64,000 bases of DNA from Nitrospirota bacterium (lineage in GTDB: Bacteria; Nitrospirota; UBA9217): positions 96,001 through 160,000 of the forward strand of contig OY760142.1 of assembly GCA_963663225.1 (NCBI GenBank), given 5' to 3'. A program made the position numbers and the translations under genes. Every line of letters starts with the position of its first letter. Position 1 is the first letter of the stretch. This document shows positions 19,325 through 28,514 of this stretch, piece after piece. A model generated the notes under the pieces. It saw nothing but the letters and a program-made list of their open reading frames with translations, did no database searches and was not told where the DNA came from.

Positions 19325-20335
19325 CTAAACCAAGGAAAATTTCAGTTCCCCAAGCTTTTCAATCACACACCGAAGGCTGTCACCCGATTTAAGCCAGATC
19401 TGCTTTTCCGCCGGCATGCCGGAAATAACACCATCAGGCGTCCCGGTAAAAATAATATCTCCGGGCTTCAATGTAAAATACTGCGATACATAGCTGATGG
19501 TGGCGGCAACGCTGAAAATCATATCGTTCGTATTACCTGCCTGGCGCTGCTCTCCATTCACAAAACACTCCAAGTTAAGATTATCGGGAACAGGAATTTG
19601 GTCTGCCGTGACCAGATAGGGGCCAATGGGAGCGAATCCATCCAGGCTTTTACCGATCAGAAACTGGCTTGTTTTGAACTGCAAATCGCGCGCGCTGATG
19701 TCGTTGCCTATACAATATCCGAACACGCAGGACAGGGCGTCCGCTTCGCTGACCTTATACGCTGTTTTGCCAATCACCGCCACCAGTTCAACCTCATAAT
19801 CGAACTTGCTGGCCACATGGACCGGCAGTTTGATCGCACTGTTGTGGCTACTGAGCGCATTATTGAACTTGCTGAACAGCACCGGCGCCGTAGCGGTTAC
19901 CGAACTGAGTTCCTGAGCATGTTTACGGTAATTGAAGCCGAGGCAGATAATCTTTTCCGGATTGGTCACACACGGGCCGCATTCTATTTTGGCTTCGTCG
20001 AGAAACAGACTTTTAGACGCTTTGCTTGCAAGCGCAGTCTGTACCAGTGCGGTCAGTCCCTGATCACCGCCTTTGATTATGGCGTGGATATCAGCCGGCA
20101 CTTTCTTCCTGAACAGTTTGGACGCGGCCTGCACATCAAAAATGCCTTTTTCTGTTTTTACTCCCAGACTATATTCTCCGTTTTTGGCGATGGTCAGAAA
20201 GGTCATGTTCTTCGGCTGCTCGGCTGAGACAGTTTTAGCTTTCGCTCTAAGATTCTTGGATTTCAGAGGTTTTTTCCGCAGCTTGACGCTTTTGGCTTTT
20301 GCCGCAGTTTTTTTCTTTTTCCGATTATTTTTCAT
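19325..20335 (-). CDS. Fumarylacetoacetate hydrolase family protein with a Lys-rich N-terminal extension
   Basis: KIICLGFNY, DYEVEL, GNDISARD, GKSLDGFAPIGP, PGDIIFTGTP. Confidence 0.9.
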   Translation of the reverse strand: MKNNRKKKKTAAKAKSVKLRKKPLKSKNLRAKAKTVSAEQPKNMTFLTIAKNGEYSLGVKTEKGIFDVQAASKLFRKKVPADIHAIIKGGDQGLTALVQTALASKASKSLFLDEAKIECGPCVTNPEKIICLGFNYRKHAQELSSVTATAPVLFSKFNNALSSHNSAIKLPVHVASKFDYEVELVAVIGKTAYKVSEADALSCVFGYCIGNDISARDLQFKTSQFLIGKSLDGFAPIGPYLVTADQIPVPDNLNLECFVNGEQRQAGNTNDMIFSVAATISYVSQYFTLKPGDIIFTGTPDGVISGMPAEKQIWLKSGDSLRCVIEKLGELKFSLV

Positions 20336-20459
20336 GGATCATCTCCTTCAGTATACAGATTAAAACTAACTGCTTGTGCCTTATAGATTAACAATCAGGC
20401 TCAAGCCGTCGATTGTCAGGAAAAACTGAACCTGACCTGAATATCCGCGTGCTTTCGGA

Positions 20460-20488
20460 AATTTAGCACAAGAGATTATGATTGGCAA
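20460..20488 (-). promoter_or_regulatory. Sigma70-type promoter (extended -10) for the FAH gene
   Basis: TTGCCA-17 nt ending TGc-TAAATT. Confidence 0.55.
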
Positions 20489-20535
20489 TACAATTTTCCG
20501 TCATGACAGTGCAAGATAGCTCCATCAGGTACGAA

Positions 20536-21411
20536 TCAGGTCCTAGATTTGCCTTCAACACGAAGCCGTGCATGCACTACCAGGTAGCCGGAAAGAATGA
20601 TCAGAAGACCGCCGAACAGGGCGACAAGGGAAGGAACTTCGGACAAGAAAAAAAATGCCAGCGGAATCGCAGCCAGCGGCTCGATGTAGCCCAGGATAGC
20701 AGCATGCTGAGCCAGAACGCGCCGGAGCGCGGAGAAATACATAAGCGGTGCTGTCGTGGAATGGAAAATTCCTGTGATCAGCAAAAGAATGAATGTTCTG
20801 GTATTCAAAGCATAGTCCATGGCAAAGACCGCGGGCGCGGTTGCAAAAACAGTGATCCAGAGCAGCATGAGAACGGCCTTTTGGTCCAAAGACAATTGTC
20901 CAACGCGTCGTGTAATCAGAATGATCAATGCATAGGCAATACCCGAAACCGTACCCGCGATGATCCCGGGCATATGGGCGCTGTCGAGAGCCAGCCCGCC
21001 ATTGGAGAGAATAATGAGAACCATTCCGATTACCGCCACAGGCAGAGAAATGAGTGTGACCTTTTGCAGATGTTCCGTTATGAGCAGCGGAGCAAGAACG
21101 GCGACGAATATTGGTGCGGTGTAATGTGTGAACACGGCATTTGACACGCTCGTATGAGCGAGTGCGTAAAAATACGTGATATTGTTCACCAGAGACGCCA
21201 GCGCAAGACCGACAAAAAGGTGCCAGTATTTCAGACTGAACATCTGCGGAGGAAAACCGCCCCTGACCGCGAGCACAAGAGGAACGAGGATACCGGCAAA
21301 CAGGGAAGTATAGAAGAGAACAACAACAGGCGGAAGATTAAGCCAGCGGATCATGGGGCCCCAGGTGCTCCAGATCAGCATGGCGGCGATAATTTTGAGG
21401 TAGGATCTCAT
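20536..21411 (-). CDS. EamA/DMT family transporter
   Basis: About 10 TM helices in two repeats; YTAPIFV..LAP...E, GYIEPL, LSEVP. Confidence 0.9.
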   Translation of the reverse strand: MRSYLKIIAAMLIWSTWGPMIRWLNLPPVVVLFYTSLFAGILVPLVLAVRGGFPPQMFSLKYWHLFVGLALASLVNNITYFYALAHTSVSNAVFTHYTAPIFVAVLAPLLITEHLQKVTLISLPVAVIGMVLIILSNGGLALDSAHMPGIIAGTVSGIAYALIILITRRVGQLSLDQKAVLMLLWITVFATAPAVFAMDYALNTRTFILLLITGIFHSTTAPLMYFSALRRVLAQHAAILGYIEPLAAIPLAFFFLSEVPSLVALFGGLLIILSGYLVVHARLRVEGKSRT

Positions 21412-21419
21412 GGTTGAAA

Positions 21420-21500
21420 TGCAGAAGCCAGAAGTCAGAAAACAGAATATGATTCCGAATTCTCTTTCAAACCTCTGGCTCCTGCCTATTATCTTCTGAC
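21420..21500. repeat. Inverted heptamer tandem repeats (STRR-like)
   Basis: tgcagaa-gccagaa-gtcagaa-aacagaa (21420-21447) and, inverted, ctctggc-tcctgcc-tattatc-ttctgac (21473-21500). Confidence 0.6.
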
Positions 21501-21521
21501 TACATACAGCCTACATACAGC
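21500..21521. repeat. Perfect 11-nt tandem duplication
   Basis: ctacatacagc twice, just past the ahcY stop. Confidence 0.8.
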
Positions 21522-21525
21522 CCGC

Positions 21526-22932
21526 TTAGTAGCGGTAGTGTCCGGACTTGTACGGACCTTCCTTGGGTACGCCGATATAAGCAGCCTGCTGATCGGTCAG
21601 TGTGGTCAGCTGTGCGTTCAGTTTCTTCAGTTGCAGGCGTGCAACTTTCTCATCCAAGTGCTTCGGCAGCGTGTACACACCCACCGGATACTTGTCAGCC
21701 TGCGAAAACAGCTCGATCTGGGCAATGGTCTGATTGGCGAAGGAGGACGACATCACATACGACGGGTGGCCGGTGGCGCAGCCGAGGTTTACCAAACGGC
21801 CTTTGGCCAGCAGGATGATGCGTTTCTTGTCTGGGAAGATGATATGGTCGACCTGCGGTTTGATTTCCTCCCACTGGTATTTCTCCAGCGAGGCAACATC
21901 GATTTCGGAATCGAAATGGCCGATGTTGCAGACGATGGCCTGGTCCTTCATCTTCGCCATGTGGTCATGCGTGATGACATGATAGTTCCCGGTGGCGGTG
22001 ACAAAGATATCGGCCTTGTCGCAGGCGTAGTCCATGGTCACCACGCGGTAGCCTTCCATCGACGCCTGGAGCGCGCAGATCGGATCGATCTCGGTGACCC
22101 AGACCTGGGCCGACAGCGCGCGCAGAGCCTGCGCAGAACCCTTGCCGACGTCGCCGTAACCGCAGACCACGGCGATCTTGCCGGCGACCATCACGTCGGT
22201 GGCGCGCTTGATGCCGTCCACCAGCGATTCGCGGCAGCCGTAGAGGTTATCGAATTTCGATTTTGTGACCGAGTCGTTGACGTTGATCGCGGGAATTTTT
22301 AGTTCACCCTTCTCGTGCATCTGGTAGAGGCGATGCACGCCGGTGGTGGTTTCCTCGGTGACACCTTTAATCTTGGCAAGACGCGTCGAGTACCACTTCG
22401 AATCCTGCTTGAGCTTGGCCTTGATGGCGGCGTATAAGACAGTTGCTTCTTCGCTGTCCGGCTTATCAAGCACCGATATGTCCTTCTCGGCCTTGCTGCC
22501 GAGGTGCAGCAGCAGCGTGGCGTCGCCGCCGTCGTCGAGGATCATGTTCGAGTAGCCGCCGTCCGGCCATTCGAAGATGCGGTGCGTGTAGTCCCAGTAG
22601 TCCTTGAGCGACTCGCCCTTGACAGCGAAGACGGCAACACCGTCCTTGGCAATGGCCGCAGCCGCGTGGTCCTGAGTCGAGAAAATGTTGCACGAAGCCC
22701 AGCGGACTTCCGCGCCAAGCGCCTGCAGCGTCTCGATCAGCACGGCGGTCTGGATGGTCATGTGCAGCGAACCGGTGATGCGCGCGCCCTTCAGCGGCTG
22801 GCTCTTGGCGTATTCCTCGCGGATCGCCATCAGGCCGGGCATTTCGGTCTCGGCGATCCTGATCTCCTTGCGGCCCCACGAGGCCAGGTTGATGTCGGCG
22901 ACAATGTAATCTTTTGTAGTGGCAGTAGACAT
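21526..22932 (-). CDS. ahcY: Adenosylhomocysteinase (SAH hydrolase)
   Basis: [57 protein letters not shown]; ATG 22932 follows GGAGGG. Confidence 0.99.
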   Translation of the reverse strand: MSTATTKDYIVADINLASWGRKEIRIAETEMPGLMAIREEYAKSQPLKGARITGSLHMTIQTAVLIETLQALGAEVRWASCNIFSTQDHAAAAIAKDGVAVFAVKGESLKDYWDYTHRIFEWPDGGYSNMILDDGGDATLLLHLGSKAEKDISVLDKPDSEEATVLYAAIKAKLKQDSKWYSTRLAKIKGVTEETTTGVHRLYQMHEKGELKIPAINVNDSVTKSKFDNLYGCRESLVDGIKRATDVMVAGKIAVVCGYGDVGKGSAQALRALSAQVWVTEIDPICALQASMEGYRVVTMDYACDKADIFVTATGNYHVITHDHMAKMKDQAIVCNIGHFDSEIDVASLEKYQWEEIKPQVDHIIFPDKKRIILLAKGRLVNLGCATGHPSYVMSSSFANQTIAQIELFSQADKYPVGVYTLPKHLDEKVARLQLKKLNAQLTTLTDQQAAYIGVPKEGPYKSGHYRY

Positions 22933-22954
22933 AAAGCCCTCCATTCATGTTAGT

Positions 22955-23042
22955 GAATGGGCGCCGTTGCTGCATATCGAACCACCCCATCGAGCCTGAC
23001 AGACTCACCTTGCGGTGACTGCTGCAGCGCCCCTCAACGGGG
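22955..23042 (-). ncRNA. SAH riboswitch
   Basis: Minus strand CCGTTGAGGGGCGCTGC...CAGGCTCGATGG...AACGGCGCCCA matches the SAH aptamer consensus (GAGGAGCGCUGC...AGGCUC...AACGGCGCUC); directly 5' of ahcY, with TATAAT just upstream. Confidence 0.9.
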
Positions 23043-23105
23043 TTAGTTGATGTTTAAATTATAATCCGCTCTTTGCGGCCGAATCGTATACGGCACACAA
23101 TGTTA

Positions 23106-23131
23106 AGGGCAGCCACACAGGGCTGCCCTAC
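23106..23131. repeat. REP-like palindrome (GTAG family)
   Basis: agggcagcc-acacag-ggctgccct-ac; reverse strand reads GTAGGGCAGCCCTGTGTGGCTGCCCT. Confidence 0.55.
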
Positions 23132-23196
23132 ATTTTTTTCGTACCACTCACGCATAGTCCGGATGTTATCGGCAACCCAAATTGCGAAACCAGCTA

Positions 23197-24357
23197 TTAC
23201 TTCAATCCTGCGTCTTTCTTGAGCGCTTCCGCTTTGTCGGTCCTCTCCCAGGTGAATTCAGGTTCGGTCCTGCCAAAGTGTCCGTATGCCGCGGTTTTCT
23301 GGTAAATAGGTCTCCTGAGATCGAGGGTCTTCATGATCCCCCGCGGGGTCATATCGAAATTCTTCCTGATGATCGACTCAAGCTTTTCGTGATCAATCTT
23401 CCCGGTTCCGAAATCATCCACATGGATGGAAACCGGTTCGGCCACGCCGATGGCATAGGCAAGCTGCACTTCAATCTCACCGGCTATGCCTGAAGCCACG
23501 ATATTCTTCGCAACGTAGCGGGCCATGTATGATGCGGAACGGTCAACCTTCGTCGGATCCTTTCCTGAAAAGCATCCGCCGCCGTGGCTTCCCACGCCGC
23601 CGTAGGTGTCCACAATGATCTTGCGGCCCGTAAGACCCGTATCCCCCATGGGACCGCCGGTCACGAACCTGCCCGTGGGATTGATATGATAGATGATGGA
23701 TTTTTCGTCGAGAAGGTTCTTCGGAATCACCGGAAGTATCACTTTTTCAATAATGTCTTTGCGCAAATCCTTGAGGTCCACGTCCGGGCTGTGTTGGCTC
23801 GAAACCACGATGGTATGGAGCTTGAACGGCTTGCCGTCCCGGTATTCAATCGTCACCTGGGACTTTCCGTCCGGCCTTAAATAAGGAAGAATGTCCTGTT
23901 TGCGCACTTCCGAAAGCCGCCGGGTGAGCTTGTGGGCAAGCATGATTGTCATGGGCATGAGTTCAGGCGTCTCATCGCAGGCATAGCCGAACATGAGCCC
24001 CTGGTCGCCGGCCCCGCCCGTGTCTACGCCCATGGCGATATCAGGAGACTGCGAATGGACTGACGTGATCACTGCGCAGGTGTCCGCATCAAAACCGTAT
24101 TTCGCCCGTGTGTATCCGATGTCTCTGATGGTCTTCCGGACGATATCAGGTATCTCCACATATCCTTTTGTGGTGATTTCTCCCGCCACCATGGCAAGAC
24201 CGGTGGTAAGGAGCGTTTCGCACGCCACTCTGCTCATGGGGTCCTGCATGATTAGCGCATCAAGGACCGCATCCGATATCTGATCGGCTATTTTATCTGG
24301 GTGCCCCTCGGTAACCGATTCCGAGGTAAAAAGATAGTTTCTGCTGCAGCTGCTCAT
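23197..24357 (-). CDS. metK: S-adenosylmethionine synthetase
   Basis: [54 protein letters not shown]. Confidence 0.99.
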   Translation of the reverse strand: MSSCSRNYLFTSESVTEGHPDKIADQISDAVLDALIMQDPMSRVACETLLTTGLAMVAGEITTKGYVEIPDIVRKTIRDIGYTRAKYGFDADTCAVITSVHSQSPDIAMGVDTGGAGDQGLMFGYACDETPELMPMTIMLAHKLTRRLSEVRKQDILPYLRPDGKSQVTIEYRDGKPFKLHTIVVSSQHSPDVDLKDLRKDIIEKVILPVIPKNLLDEKSIIYHINPTGRFVTGGPMGDTGLTGRKIIVDTYGGVGSHGGGCFSGKDPTKVDRSASYMARYVAKNIVASGIAGEIEVQLAYAIGVAEPVSIHVDDFGTGKIDHEKLESIIRKNFDMTPRGIMKTLDLRRPIYQKTAAYGHFGRTEPEFTWERTDKAEALKKDAGLK

Positions 24358-24396
24358 GGTATCTCCTCCTGGCCTCTCCGACCATAAAATTTCGCT

Positions 24397-24424
24397 TTTA
24401 TAACATAGCTGTTGATTTTGTCAA
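24397..24424 (-). promoter_or_regulatory. Sigma70-type promoter for metK
   Basis: TTGACA-16 nt ending TGt-TATAAA. Confidence 0.5.
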
Positions 24425-24658
24425 GGGAAAAGAACATTTACGGATTTTGCTCAGATATCGTCTGTAGAAGTGGATAATACCGCTATACAGAACCGATATG
24501 CATTTTTGCACAATACCTGAATAGGAAGGATTTTTCAATGTATTTTTTTGTCCTGTGTTCTTCTTCCTCCCGTCAGAAACACCAGCTGGGAATGCTGTAT
24601 TCGCTGCAACAGCACAACGATAAAAAAGGAACATGCTATTGCCGAATAAGGCCGTTTC

Positions 24659-24856
24659 CTATTCAGCAGTATCCTCTCCTTGCTTTTTCTCTTTCGTTCC
24701 TTCAAACCGGTAGCGCTCTGACGCCCACTCGCCCAGATCGATGAGTTTGCATCGCTCGGAGCAAAACGGCCGAAATGGATTTTCATGCCAGGGCGACTCT
24801 TTTTTACAGATCGGGCAGGGAACCTTTTTTATATTCGGATCGTTCGTCATGGTCAT
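24659..24856 (-). CDS. yacG: DNA gyrase inhibitor YacG
   Basis: CPIC...[19 protein letters not shown]. Confidence 0.93.
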   Translation of the reverse strand: MTMTNDPNIKKVPCPICKKESPWHENPFRPFCSERCKLIDLGEWASERYRFEGTKEKKQGEDTAE

Positions 24857-25506
24857 TTCAAAATTTTGTACGCAATCGGGACTTCGATCCAGCCATTCAC
24901 ATGCGGCAGCGGACCTGAGTGGTAGACTGTATTTACGGTTGCTGAATCCAGTATCGTTGATCCAGAGCTTTTTAAAACTTCCACGCGGTCCGCGTTTCCG
25001 GAAGGAAGTATCCTGAACCGGACCCGCACGACCCCTTCGATCCCCCGTTCACGCGCAATGCGGGGATATGTTTTCGCCCGCTCCAGCGCCGCCTGGATCA
25101 ACTGCCATTGATCAGGCGACAGGACACCAGGCCGGGAGCCCGGCTCACCGCCGGCGTCTTGCGGCATTGTCTTTGTATTTGAAGCTCCATCATTGTTCCG
25201 CAGCGTGCCCGGCGCAGGCGCTTTTGCTGCGGTTACCGCGGGCTGCAATTCATGAGTATCAGATGTATCAACTCTTTGTAGCGGCCCGGACTCGCGTACT
25301 GCGGCAGACGGTGGCCTTGACTGAATGTTCCGGGATCGGGATGCGGTCTGCACAATTTTTCCGGCAATCTGATCTGCCCCTACGAGCGTCACCGTAATCA
25401 CATTGGATTTCCCGAGCAGATGCCCGTAGTGCGCGAATGCCAGCGCGCTGCCGAACAGCAGAATATGTATTCCGAGAGAAGCAATGAGTGAGCGCTGAAA
25501 TGTCAT
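24853..25506 (-). CDS. tonB: TonB family energy transducer
   Basis: TM anchor SLGIH (SxxxH), low-complexity linker, [15 protein letters not shown]...SSG..LD. Start moved to MTFQ because ATG 25524 overlaps a TATAAT. Confidence 0.85.
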   Translation of the reverse strand: MTFQRSLIASLGIHILLFGSALAFAHYGHLLGKSNVITVTLVGADQIAGKIVQTASRSRNIQSRPPSAAVRESGPLQRVDTSDTHELQPAVTAAKAPAPGTLRNNDGASNTKTMPQDAGGEPGSRPGVLSPDQWQLIQAALERAKTYPRIARERGIEGVVRVRFRILPSGNADRVEVLKSSGSTILDSATVNTVYHSGPLPHVNGWIEVPIAYKILK

Positions 25507-25558
25507 AGAATTTACTTTTAACATTATAGCCTGCAGACTGTTTTTAGCAGTCCCGGGT

Positions 25559-25593
25559 GAAAATGTCTTCCCGCACGATTCGTGCGGGAAGAC
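25559..25593 (-). terminator. Hairpin after btuB (probable terminator or stabilising stem)
   Basis: gtcttcccgcacg / cgtgcgggaagac perfect stem followed by ATTTT. Confidence 0.55.
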
Positions 25594-25605
25594 CTATAGC
25601 CTGTT

Positions 25606-27474
25606 CTAGAATCTGACTGTCAACCCTCCATACACCTCCGTAGGTGGCATGGGATATCCTGCGGAGACGTTGTAGGACCGATTGGTAATGTTTTTGATTC
25701 CTGCGAACAAATCGGCCTTGGCATACTTCCACAATTCAACTGGTTGAAGAATCTTCATGTCCAGCACGCCGTAGTGGCTCGTCGGGTTTGATGTCCCGAG
25801 TGATTGGACCCAGTAGTTTCTGACGTATCTGCCTTCAAGATAAATATTTGTCTTAACCTTCGGGACCGTATAGCTGATATAGCTTTTAATCTGTTCCGCG
25901 GGCGCACCGGCAACATAGTCTCCCGTGTCCAAGTCCCGTGTGTCCATTCCCGTATAATTGACTCCCCACACCAGTGCGTCAAAGAACGTGGCTTTTGCTT
26001 CCGCTTCGAATCCCGTGATACGCGCCCTGCTGAAGTTTGTCGGTTTGTAAACAAAATTATTGTCCGGCATCCAGACGATCAGGTTCCTTGCATGGCGTTC
26101 AAAAACCGTGAACTTGATTGAACGGCCTTTTCCCAGCGGCTGCTCAATCCCTCCTTCATACTCCGCTGACTTCTCAGGCTTGAGGTCGGGGTTCCCGGCT
26201 GTCCAAGGCGTGGCCGGCCAGTACAAATCGTTGAACGTAGGCGCCCGGTATGATTCTCCGGCAGAGGCCCTGATGATTGTCCCGGTGGGGCCTACAAGAT
26301 AACGGGCGCTCGCCTTCGGGCTGAAATTGTCCCCGAAGACCGAATGGTTGTCATATCTGCCGCCTACAACGAGAATGAATGCATCTCCGATTGAAATCTC
26401 ATCCTGAAGGTACAGCGCGCGCTGCGATGCGGAGTGTTCTCCCAAAGAACCCTGCAGGGGGTCCTGGCTGTCCACATGATCAGCATGAACTTCCCCTCCC
26501 ACGGTCAGAACATTTGACAGGAACGACAGAGGGGCCGTACGCCAGTTCGTCTGCAGTTCCGAGTTTATTCCGGATAGGATGTGCTTGCTGTCATCACTGA
26601 ACGGGTTCTTGAACAGCATTTTGTTCCGGTACATGTTCAGCGTTGCCCGCATATCCATATCTTTTGTAAAGGCGCTCCGGAAGGTAAGCCCCATGTCCGC
26701 GTTCCGGTCCCATTGCCGTGCTAAGGGAGTCAGGTACGTTAAGGAACCCGGCGCTCCGTTCTCCTTTTCTATATAATTCGCGGCAAGCTCAAGCGATGTA
26801 TTCGTCGAAAAGTCATACCCGATCTTCCCGCTCGTTGCTGTTTTGTCATAATCGCTGTTTACGCGATACCCGCCTGCTTTCTCCTTGTTCGCAGAGATGT
26901 TGTAGTAAAAATTTCCGATTTTGCTTCCATTCCCTGCACCGAGGGTCCAGTAGCCGTGACTGCCGCCAGCGCTGGTTATGGATGATTCCAATCCGGTCGG
27001 TTTTTTGGTTATAATATTGATCACACCGCCGAGCGCATCCGCGCCGTACAGGGCCGACGACGGGCCGCGCACAATCTCTATCCGCTCGATATTCTCAACC
27101 GGCACCGGCAGAATGTTCAAATCAAATCCGCCCGACTGCGACGAATTCAGCCGCCTGCCGTCCAGAAGCACCAGAACCTGCGAAACCGTGGAGCCGCGCA
27201 AACTGACTTCAACCGCGGAACCCGGCGTGCCGTTGTCATGCACATCAGCGCTTGCGGTCCGCTCTATTACCTGTGCCGCGGTCGTTGCCCCGGATTTTCT
27301 GATTTCATCGGCAGTGATCACCGTGACCGACTGCGTAACATCCTGCAAGTTCTTTTCCGTCTTTGTTGCGGTAACGACAATTTCTTTCAGCTGCGTGCCG
27401 GCCTCTTCCGCCAAAACCATGGGCGGACAGAGCATCAGGCCGCACAGCACGGCTGCTGCGAAACGACTGTTCAT
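25606..27474 (-). CDS. btuB: TonB-dependent receptor, probable cobalamin receptor
   Basis: TonB box EIVVTAT, plug LVLLDGR and IERIEIVRGPSSALYGADALGGVINIIT, NPDLKPE, terminal Phe; cobalamin riboswitch upstream. Confidence 0.88.
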   Translation of the reverse strand: MNSRFAAAVLCGLMLCPPMVLAEEAGTQLKEIVVTATKTEKNLQDVTQSVTVITADEIRKSGATTAAQVIERTASADVHDNGTPGSAVEVSLRGSTVSQVLVLLDGRRLNSSQSGGFDLNILPVPVENIERIEIVRGPSSALYGADALGGVINIITKKPTGLESSITSAGGSHGYWTLGAGNGSKIGNFYYNISANKEKAGGYRVNSDYDKTATSGKIGYDFSTNTSLELAANYIEKENGAPGSLTYLTPLARQWDRNADMGLTFRSAFTKDMDMRATLNMYRNKMLFKNPFSDDSKHILSGINSELQTNWRTAPLSFLSNVLTVGGEVHADHVDSQDPLQGSLGEHSASQRALYLQDEISIGDAFILVVGGRYDNHSVFGDNFSPKASARYLVGPTGTIIRASAGESYRAPTFNDLYWPATPWTAGNPDLKPEKSAEYEGGIEQPLGKGRSIKFTVFERHARNLIVWMPDNNFVYKPTNFSRARITGFEAEAKATFFDALVWGVNYTGMDTRDLDTGDYVAGAPAEQIKSYISYTVPKVKTNIYLEGRYVRNYWVQSLGTSNPTSHYGVLDMKILQPVELWKYAKADLFAGIKNITNRSYNVSAGYPMPPTEVYGGLTVRF

Positions 27475-27502
27475 TATTGTTATCTCCTTCCGTCGAGGTT
27501 GT

Positions 27503-27649
27503 GGGAATGCGAGGTTTCCTGGCTTCGGACTTCCTACTTGCCGGCCTTCCCATCCGGACTTTTCCGGACAGTGGCACGCTCGGCGTTCGTTTCCTTCACA
27601 GTTGCGCGACAGCAGGGGAATTGCACCCCTTTCCGCTCCAGCATTCCCA
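27503..27649 (-). ncRNA. Cobalamin riboswitch upstream of btuB
   Basis: P1 TGGGAATGC/GCATTCCCA; GGAA-AGGGGTGCAATTCCCCT; GCAACTGT; GCCACTG; GGGAAGG; AGCCAGGAAACCT. Confidence 0.9.
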
Positions 27650-27740
27650 GGGTTATAAATAGCTGCTTACCGTCATCGTGTTTTTCCTTTATTCTCTCCT
27701 TTGGCCGCTCACCTCCCTTCAAGATTGTGCGAAAACATCT

Positions 27741-28514
27741 TTAAAAATTATGTTCGTATGTGATGTGCAGGCCGGAACCGCTTTTCTTGATATCAACGTC
27801 CACATCAAATGCCTGCTGTATCCGTTCGCGGGTCAAGACGCTCCCGGGATCTCCGGCGCTGATGATGCTTCCTTCCTTGATCAGCATGACTTTTTTGAAC
27901 TGGAGTGCCATATTGATGTCATGGAGCGCCATTACGATGGAAATATGCTGCCTCTCGCAGAGGCTTTTCAGCAATTTCACCAGCTCAATCTGGTACTTGA
28001 TATCCAGGTTCGCGAGCGGTTCGTCGAGCAGCAGCAGTCCGGCACCCTGCACGAGCGTCATGGCAATAAACGTCCGTCTCCGTTCGCCGCCGCTCAAGTC
28101 AATGAGCCGCGACCCGGCCTTCTCACGTAGCCCGACCATGTCAAGAGCCTCATCAATGTCCATGACCGGCGGAATATCGTACGGATAGAGCCCCATGCTT
28201 ACCAGGTCACGGACCGTAAACGGCACGCTGATATCGAGCGCCTGCGGAAGATAGCTGATCAGCTTTGCCCGGTCCCGCCCCTTCTCCCGCAGAAGATCGT
28301 TGCCCCAGAGGGCAATGCTGCCTGACGACGGCCGCAAAAGCCCGCTTGCCAGCTTCAGGATCGTGGACTTGCCCGACCCGTTCGCGCCAAGTAAACCGAT
28401 GAAATCTCCCTCGCCTATGGAAAAAGACAGGTCGCGGATAAGGAGTTTGTCTTTCTCATAGGAAAAGCAGACGTTTTTAAGATCCAGAATATGCACGTCA
28501 GAGGTTGAGGACAT
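27741..28514 (-). CDS. Cobalamin/iron-chelate ABC transporter ATP-binding subunit (BtuD-like)
   Basis: GANGSGKS, LSGGERRR, LLLLDEP, ALHD. Confidence 0.92.
   Translation of the reverse strand: MSSTSDVHILDLKNVCFSYEKDKLLIRDLSFSIGEGDFIGLLGANGSGKSTILKLASGLLRPSSGSIALWGNDLLREKGRDRAKLISYLPQALDISVPFTVRDLVSMGLYPYDIPPVMDIDEALDMVGLREKAGSRLIDLSGGERRRTFIAMTLVQGAGLLLLDEPLANLDIKYQIELVKLLKSLCERQHISIVMALHDINMALQFKKVMLIKEGSIISAGDPGSVLTRERIQQAFDVDVDIKKSGSGLHITYEHNF

Noticed and set aside
19298-20227. 309-aa plus-strand ORF
   Set aside because: Antisense shadow of the FAH gene, with no recognisable motifs
21538-22953. Long plus-strand ORFs opposite ahcY
   Set aside because: Expected antisense shadows of a GC-rich, codon-biased gene
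24358-24658. Possible SAM riboswitch upstream of metK
   Set aside because: No SAM-I or SAM-II core motif seen, and the predicted promoter leaves only about 30 nt of leader
25524-25603. tatagcctg direct repeat flanking a hairpin (possible target-site duplication)
   Set aside because: The 9-nt match may be chance; the hairpin and TATAAT are explained as terminator and promoter
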